IMG/VR virus record: IMGVR_UViG_2645727700_000001
Span: 64,001 to 74,273 of that record
DNA length: 10,273 nucleotides
Direction: 5' to 3' (one strand)
Source: a virus
Lineage: Duplodnaviria > Heunggongvirae > Uroviricota > Caudoviricetes > Schitoviridae
Under the pieces are notes generated by a model. That model was not told where the DNA came from. It worked only from the letters and a program-made list of their open reading frames with translations, and did not search any database. Made by a program: the position numbers and the translations under genes. This document shows positions 1 through 5,800 of the stretch, piece after piece (position 1 is the first letter of the stretch; each line of letters opens with the position of its first letter).

Positions 1-953
1 GTTGCGGTGAACACTGATTTACGTTCTTTAATAACGTCCCAGTGTTTGAGGTTGATTGATGCCAAGATGCATGAGTAAGTAAGCAACTCAGAGCTATGCA
101 ACATAATTTCTGTACATAGGTTTGTTGCTATGATGTCCAAGCCAAGACGCTTGTACATTTCTGGACGATGGCGGTTTGCTTTGTCTGGGAAGAACAGGTA
201 TCCCTTACCTGTAAGCAACTTGACGTGCAATGCATCTGTCCAGCGTTTGTGAGCTTCCGGATCATTTGCTAATAAGCGATTGATGAACGTGTCACGAATC
301 GTCCAACCATAGTTTTTACCATTGCTGTGAGTTCGTAAGCTGTCCAAGCACTCATAGAAATCAGGGTGCTCAATGTCGAGATAAGCAGCAAAGCTTCCAC
401 GGCGGTTCCCTCCCTGTGCAATTTTTGCAGCCGATGTAAAGAAGTCTTCAATAACCTCTTTAACTCCATTGGCTTCACCTGACTCGGCGAATGTCACACC
501 ACGAGCTTGAATGTCTGAGAAGTCTGCAGACGTACCGAATGCATTCTTTGACAACATTGCTGTCTCGCGGAGACCTGTATAGAAGCTCCATACAGAGTTC
601 CCGATCTTCTGACCTGAACAAGCGACCGGCATTCCATGCTTGGTGCCTGTATTTGCCAATGCCGGAGATGATGGAGAAAGGATTCCGTCCCACATTTCAT
701 TGAAGAAACGCTCCTCATACTCTTGAACGTATGGCGCAGGTAAGTGGCGAGCCAAAGTCTTAGAGATCTTCGTATGACGATCTTTTAGACCTTTTTCGCC
801 TCGGGGTAGGTACTTAGTTTTCAGCATCTTCCATGCTGCTGTTGTGTACCAATCTGGCAATAGTCCTTTTGCCTGCAGAGACTTACGTTCCTGGCTTAAT
901 GCCTCTGCTAAAATCTTCGCTTTGCGACTATTCGCACCAATTGCATTAAACAT
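1..953 (-). CDS. nrdA: Ribonucleotide reductase class I alpha subunit, 5' part (317 codons visible, runs off left edge); compact form without ATP cone
   Basis: Manual minus-strand translation from ATG at 953-951 is open to position 1: MFNAIGANSRKAKILAEALSQERK...SPSSPALANTG...PVACSG...QGGNRRGSFAAYLDIEHPDFYECL...GKGYLFFPDKAN...ATNLCTEIMLHS...YSCILASINL. Contains the thiyl-radical motif NLCTEI (122-105; C280) and the redox-pair cysteines C112 (VACS) and C295 (YSCIL). SD AAGGAG lies 7 nt upstream. Overlaps the nrdB stop by 8 nt. Confidence 0.96.
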   Translation of the reverse strand, partial: MFNAIGANSRKAKILAEALSQERKSLQAKGLLPDWYTTAAWKMLKTKYLPRGEKGLKDRHTKISKTLARHLPAPYVQEYEERFFNEMWDGILSPSSPALANTGTKHGMPVACSGQKIGNSVWSFYTGLRETAMLSKNAFGTSADFSDIQARGVTFAESGEANGVKEVIEDFFTSAAKIAQGGNRRGSFAAYLDIEHPDFYECLDSLRTHSNGKNYGWTIRDTFINRLLANDPEAHKRWTDALHVKLLTGKGYLFFPDKANRHRPEMYKRLGLDIIATNLCTEIMLHSSELLTYSCILASINLKHWDVIKERKSVFTA

Positions 954-1998
954 TCCAATGCTCCTTGTATTCCTCGGCCACGGCCATATCAAATTTCAAT
1001 AAGTGTTTCTTCCAGTTGCGGCGGTACTGCAGTTGAGTAGTCGCAAAGAAGTCTTGGAATTTGTATGCGTTGAGCTGAGAGAAGAACCATTGGGTTACTT
1101 TCCCTTGCTTGGTGTCGAACATCGGCGCTTGCCCTAAGAACCCAAGTACTGCATTCACACGGTCACGAACAAACTTACGCATTTCGTGTTTAGTGATTGT
1201 GGTAATGGTTTCAGGCTTGTACGAGAAGATGTAATCAATGATGCCCATGCAGTGCTTGTACACTTTACGAGCCATACGGCGGATCAGCCTGTTAAAGCGT
1301 TCTACCTGCTCGACTGTCATGGTTTTGAGTTCCAGACGTTCACGAATGGTTTGATTTACAAGCCATGCACTGAACATACAGTGGAAGTTTTCATCCTTTG
1401 CAGAGCCATCAATGCCCGCAATGAAGTGGCTAATTTTGTTATGGCCACGAACACCAAATGACTTAAAGAAAGCGAATGCTTCATACAACGTCACACCTTC
1501 AAGAAAGGTGAGGGCTGCAGTAGATTCCAGTTTGTCTTTAGACTTCGACTTCTTGACCACATACTTGATGTGCTCATTAAAGATCGGGATGTTCTTAAAT
1601 TCTTCGTAGAACTCATCGGTTGCAACTCCAATTACCTCATTACCAATACGGTAGAAAGGTGCATGTGAGTTGTTTTCCATCATGTTGAATACAGATGCAG
1701 CACGAATGATTTCCGGACGAGGGTACATGCGTCCAATGCGGCCACCCCAAAAGTCGTCACCACCGATGGTAGTTTCAATTTTTGAAAGGTAACGTTGCAA
1801 TGCCAATACAGCAAAGCGTTCACCCTCTGTTAATCCATTACGAAAATCTGCTTCATCTTCTTCTACGCCCAGCTCCTCGGCAGGCCAGAAGATTGCCATT
1901 TGTTCAATGGCTGCTTTTGTCGCAACTGGATAGTATTCCACTTGCGATTCGGTAGGGGTCTCAATACGAGACAGGTACTTAGTCATACTACTTTCCAT
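946..1998 (-). CDS. nrdB: Ribonucleotide reductase class I beta subunit (ferritin-like di-metal), 350 aa
   Basis: FWPAEE N-terminal motif; metal ligands E75, E108/H112 (MENNSHAPFY, radical-site Y116), E167 (FLEGVTLY), E203/H206 (KDENFH); C-terminal DFFATTQLQY with the radical-transfer Tyr; directly upstream of nrdA. The start could alternatively be Met5 (1986). Confidence 0.95.
   Translation of the reverse strand: MESSMTKYLSRIETPTESQVEYYPVATKAAIEQMAIFWPAEELGVEEDEADFRNGLTEGERFAVLALQRYLSKIETTIGGDDFWGGRIGRMYPRPEIIRAASVFNMMENNSHAPFYRIGNEVIGVATDEFYEEFKNIPIFNEHIKYVVKKSKSKDKLESTAALTFLEGVTLYEAFAFFKSFGVRGHNKISHFIAGIDGSAKDENFHCMFSAWLVNQTIRERLELKTMTVEQVERFNRLIRRMARKVYKHCMGIIDYIFSYKPETITTITKHEMRKFVRDRVNAVLGFLGQAPMFDTKQGKVTQWFFSQLNAYKFQDFFATTQLQYRRNWKKHLLKFDMAVAEEYKEHWNV
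961..966 (-). promoter_or_regulatory. Shine-Dalgarno site of nrdA (AAGGAG), embedded in the nrdB 3' end
   Basis: Plus-strand ctcctt reads AAGGAG on the minus strand, 7 nt before the ATG at 953. Confidence 0.8.
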
Positions 1999-2005
1999 GT
2001 TCTAC

Positions 2006-2025
2006 TTACTTACTTAAGTAAGTAA
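2006..2025. repeat. Perfect 20-bp palindrome TTACTTACTTAAGTAAGTAA (site A) in the thyX-nrdB spacer
   Basis: Read directly. The (CTTA)n arm extends leftwards to about 2003. Lies 3 nt after the thyX stop and 7 nt before the nrdB ATG. Confidence 0.95.
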
Positions 2026-2028
2026 ATA

Positions 2029-2778
2029 TTAACGTCCTGTTAATGCTTTCCAACTGATCGGATAGAGTGAACCCACGATTTTGTCAACTTCCTGTGCAAA
2101 ATCCTGAATCTCTTTCTGAGCATGGGAATTAGAACGCTTTTTCACAAAATTAGCAAAACCGTATAAATTCCCTGTCCAAATCCAATTAACGAGGACACCT
2201 TGAGGTAATACAAAGCGAGCTTGTTCAGGACAAACGCCGTTATCGATCATTTCCATATAGAGGTCAATGGCTTCCTGACATTGCTTCACATATTCACGCT
2301 TCCATGCGTCTGAGTCTGGGTGTGCATCTCCCGAACCTTGTTTAATTGAGCCGATTGGTTTAGCTCGGAAAGTGTCGGGGATGAATAGTTCAGGACGGCT
2401 TGAGATGTAACGGCGAGATTCTTCGTTCTCAACAAATCCTTGTTTTGACTTGAATGCCTGTGTACGAATTGGCACCGGTGCAGCGCAACGCAATGTAATT
2501 GCGGTGTGTGCGAAAGGTGTCCAATGAGTATCTTGGTCCTGAATCTTACGAAGTAACTCTAATGCTTCGCCTTCGTGAAAGCCTGTGCCTGCAGCAATTT
2601 CCGCTACGAGTTCTTTATGGTCTTTTGACGACATACCACGTGCCAGAAAGTAGATCAGATTCGTATTCTGTTCCAATGTAAACTCTGACGCATCCTTGTC
2701 AAAGGATACACGTGCTGCATTTACCACAGACAGGTCGGAACCCATGTGATCAACATAAGAGGCTTTTTGATGGCTCAT
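2029..2778 (-). CDS. thyX: Flavin-dependent thymidylate synthase, 249 aa
   Basis: HMGSDLSVVNAARVSF, HWTPFAH, NEESRRY (conserved Ser and Arg), GVCPEQARFVLPQ, WTGNLYGFANFVKKR and HAQKEIQ all match the ThyX family pattern. SD AAGGA lies 6 nt upstream. Confidence 0.95.
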   Translation of the reverse strand: MSHQKASYVDHMGSDLSVVNAARVSFDKDASEFTLEQNTNLIYFLARGMSSKDHKELVAEIAAGTGFHEGEALELLRKIQDQDTHWTPFAHTAITLRCAAPVPIRTQAFKSKQGFVENEESRRYISSRPELFIPDTFRAKPIGSIKQGSGDAHPDSDAWKREYVKQCQEAIDLYMEMIDNGVCPEQARFVLPQGVLVNWIWTGNLYGFANFVKKRSNSHAQKEIQDFAQEVDKIVGSLYPISWKALTGR

Positions 2779-2784
2779 TTTAAA

Positions 2785-2789
2785 TCCTT
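2785..2789 (-). promoter_or_regulatory. Shine-Dalgarno site of thyX (AAGGA)
   Basis: Minus strand reads AAAAGGATTTAAA-ATG; 6-nt spacer. Confidence 0.7.
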
Positions 2790-2802
2790 TTACACCGTTT
2801 GA

Positions 2803-2817
2803 GGACGCAACGCGTCC
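2803..2817. other. GC-rich inverted repeat GGACGC-AAC-GCGTCC in the divergent intergenic region
   Basis: 6-bp perfect arms with a 3-nt loop, read directly. No U-tract follows on either strand. Function unknown. Confidence 0.6.
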
Positions 2818-2844
2818 ATTCTAAAATTCCCTAATCCCTTGCAA
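2818..2844 (-). promoter_or_regulatory. Candidate sigma70-like leftward promoter for thyX-nrdB-nrdA (-35 TTGCAA, -10 TAGAAT)
   Basis: Both hexamers resemble consensus, but the spacer is only 15 nt, which is suboptimal. Confidence 0.3.
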
Positions 2845-2872
2845 ACCTATACAATACGGCTTTACCAACGCT

Positions 2873-2880
2873 AAGGAAGG
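2873..2880 (+). promoter_or_regulatory. Shine-Dalgarno site of the fibre gene (AAGGAAGG)
   Basis: 8 nt upstream of the ATG at 2889. Confidence 0.75.
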
Positions 2881-2888
2881 CATTAACC

Positions 2889-5800
2889 ATGGAAGGTTTA
2901 TACTCCTCAGAGCATGATAGTTTACTTACTCAAGTAAGTAAGCAAGTAAGCGACCTAAAGCAAAAGGTCGAAGCTCAGGATGTAGCTATTGAAGCAAACC
3001 GGCAATCGGCAGAGCTTAATAGCAGGGCTATTACAAATGATTCAATCCAAAGTATCAACCGTGATACTGCATTGGGTGAGCGAATTTCTGACCAAACACG
3101 TACCCAAATCGAAGATAAGGCGTATTTAGTAGGCGAAATCGAACGACACCATGCAGAACATGCACGGGAAATTCAGGATGTGAATGTCCGTGTCGATACT
3201 GTAGATCGAGACCGCATAGCGGGCGAAGCCCGCATCTTTGAGATGACAAAAGAGTTTCAAGATCAGCTTGGTAAGGATTACCAGGATGTAGAGGAACTTG
3301 TCACTACTCACGATGGCATTCTTGATACGACCACTTGGGACAGTACAGAGTTCACACTCGATACCGATGAGTACCAATTTGATTGGTCAATGTTGGCTGC
3401 ATCTCAGGATTGGCGACTTGAAATTGCCCAGTTCTTCAAACAAGCAGAGGACTTAATCAAGGACAAAATTGCTGAGGTTGAAGATGCACTGGATGAAGCC
3501 AAGAAGAACTCAGAAGATGCATTAGAGAACTCTGATATTGACCGAATCCTTGATGAATTACTTGGGAAGGTCGGATCAGAGTTTCTGGATGACGCATTAG
3601 CTGGTCGTCTGGATGACTTCGCGGAGCAGATTCTTGAAGAACGTAAATCACGTATTGATGACATTCTCAAAGAGTCAAACATCCGTATTGAAGAAATGCG
3701 TAATCTACATAACCAGATTTCTCAGGAATCTAAAGAACGTGTAGATGCTATCGCTTCCGAGGCTGAGACTCGTGGTGATCAGTTGATTGCTGAGGCTGAA
3801 CAGCGTGCGAAAGACATTGCTGCAGAGTCAGCAAAGTGGGCTAACCAGATCTCTAAAGAGATTACTGAACGTAATGAGGCTCTCGACAAGAAAGCTGCAG
3901 AACTCCAGCAGTACATCGACAAGACTGTAAAAGAGCTGAACGATGGTTACACCAAACGTTTCGAGCAAATTGAATCTGATGGTTCAAAAACTCTGAAAGC
4001 CCTTGAAGCTTATAAAGTTTCAAACAACAAAGCTGTTGCGGCAATTACCAAGTCTGTAGAGCTTAATGCTCAGAATGATGCAGCAACTCTAAAAAAGTTG
4101 GATGCTCTGCAGCTTGAATACAATGGAAATAAGGCCACTGTAGCGCAGCAAATCAAAGCTACATCTGATGCGAATAAGGCAACCCTAAACCAGCTTAATA
4201 CATTTAAGACTGAGGTAAGCCAGAAAGACAAGGCAACAGGTGAGTTAATCCAGTCTACAAAGGCTGAAATTCTCAAGGAGACCAATGCATTATCGGATCA
4301 GAATAAAGCTACTGTAGAACGTCTTGAGAAGTTCCAGGCAAGCTACAACGACCGTAATAAGGCTGTTGATGGCAAGTTTGTTGAGGTAGACGGTAAATTT
4401 ACCACAATGTCTAAATCAATCTCAGATGCCAATGGCAACATCACTTCTACTGCTCAAAAGTTAGAGTCGCAGTTTAAATCTGACATTGCCAAATCAAAGT
4501 CTGAGGTACTCACTGAGGTAAGTACGCAAACCAAGAACTTAGATGGCAAGATCACGAATGAAGCTCGTCGTATTGATGGTTTAAACAGTTCATTCAAAGG
4601 GTTAGATGCTGACCTAAAGAAGAACATCGAAGCGACTGCTACAGCTCAGGATACGGCGAATACTGCAGTATCAGCTAATGAATCACTGGCTCAACATGTT
4701 CGTAACGTCCAGTCCCAGACCTTATCTCGCGTGGGTATTCGTGCAATCCCTTCTGATAATGGTTTAAAAGATTGGGTATTCCTACGGGCAGCAAACCGAG
4801 TCTCGTTTGTTAAAGATGATGCTGCTATGAATGGCATCATGCTACAAATGGGCCGCAACATTAAAGGTCAGGATGATCAGTGGGCACATTGGGCAGAGTT
4901 TGAAAAGATTGACCCTGAGAAACTTTACCGCTTACGTGTACGTTATCGCCGTATAGAGGGTGATGGTGGCGTGTACGTGGGTGTAACCCACAAGAACGCC
5001 GACCAGAGCCGTTACGTGACTTCTACGAACGTGCTTGCAACAGGTATGGGATCTTCAAACTATTTAGTATCTAACCATAGATCGCCACTTGGTGAGATGA
5101 TGGAGCATGTTTTTTACCTTAAAGGTAAATCTGCAGGTGCCGCAACCGGTAGAGGTACGATTGATAATCCGAGAACCTTCCCGGCTTTGGCAGAGTACTA
5201 CTCTCCTATGTGTATTGCGAACTACACGAGCAATACCGGTATCACACAGTTCAGTCATATCATTGTTGAAGATGCTGACTCGTTGGCCGCTTCTAATGAT
5301 GCGAATGCTCAAGCCATTGAGATGTTCAAGACAGTCACACGTGAGGGCGAGGCAAGTTCTGAACGTACCACACAGCTTGAATCCCAAGTTAAGGATGTAC
5401 AGAAGCATGTCATCACTACTGAGCAGCAGTTGGGTGAGACCAGTAAAAAGCTGGGTCAAACCGAAATTAAGCTTGGCCAGACTGACAAGAAGTTAGGTGA
5501 TGCTGAAAAGCGGTTAGATGCTAACGGTAACTTAATCAATAGTCAGGGTAAGCGAATTGATGAACAGGGCAACCTGATTAATGCTGCAGGTAAACGTATT
5601 GACGCGCATGGAAATTTGATCGATGCACAAGGCAAACGCATTGATGAAAATGGAAAGCGTATTGACGATACGAATAAGAAACTGACAGACACAGAAGCGA
5701 AGGTACTTCAAGTCACCCGTACGGTCGAAAGCCATGCAAAGGCGCTCACCACTTTTGCTACGAAATCAGACCTTGAAAAGTCAGAAGCAAACCAGACGAC

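Noticed and set aside
204-215. CTTAC-CT-GTAAG mini-palindrome in nrdA resembling the motif core
   Set aside because: Only 5-bp arms and a different spacing (2 nt versus 4 nt between CTTAC and GTAAG); compatible with chance.
269-718. Short track ORFs 269-478, 475-693, 491-703 and 494-718
   Set aside because: Alternative-frame or antisense shadows of nrdA, whose frame carries the catalytic motifs and a strong SD.
944-946. Alternative nrdA start in a TAATG overlap with the nrdB stop
   Set aside because: That frame hits TAG after 12 codons. The ATG at 953 is in frame with the catalytic motifs and has the SD.
2006-2025. Palindrome as an NrdR box or Rho-independent terminator
   Set aside because: No resemblance to the NrdR consensus (acaCwAtATaTwGtgt); the stem is AU-rich with no GC core or proper U-tract.
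1186-2681. Plus-strand ORFs 1186-1461, 1412-1609 and 2499-2681
   Set aside because: Antisense to nrdB and thyX; no recognisable motifs or RBS.
1-2778. Introns, inteins or homing endonucleases in nrdA, nrdB or thyX (common phage insertion sites)
   Set aside because: All three frames are continuous and of normal or reduced length, with no splicing motifs in the visible part.
2848-2856. TATACAATA as a T4-type late promoter
   Set aside because: Does not match TATAAATA exactly, and nothing else here shows a T4-type late system; kept only as a candidate element in the intergenic finding.
2006-2941. Sites A and B as recombination sites of an invertible thyX/promoter segment
   Set aside because: The central dinucleotides differ (TA versus CA/TG), the arms are only 9 bp, no recombinase is in the window, and exchange would break the fibre ORF. 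Not excluded, but unsupported.
5430-5702. 21/42-nt periodic DNA as a CRISPR array or DGR template/variable repeat
   Set aside because: The repeats are degenerate at synonymous positions, in frame and without spacers; no adenine-specific mismatch pair or reverse transcriptase is seen.
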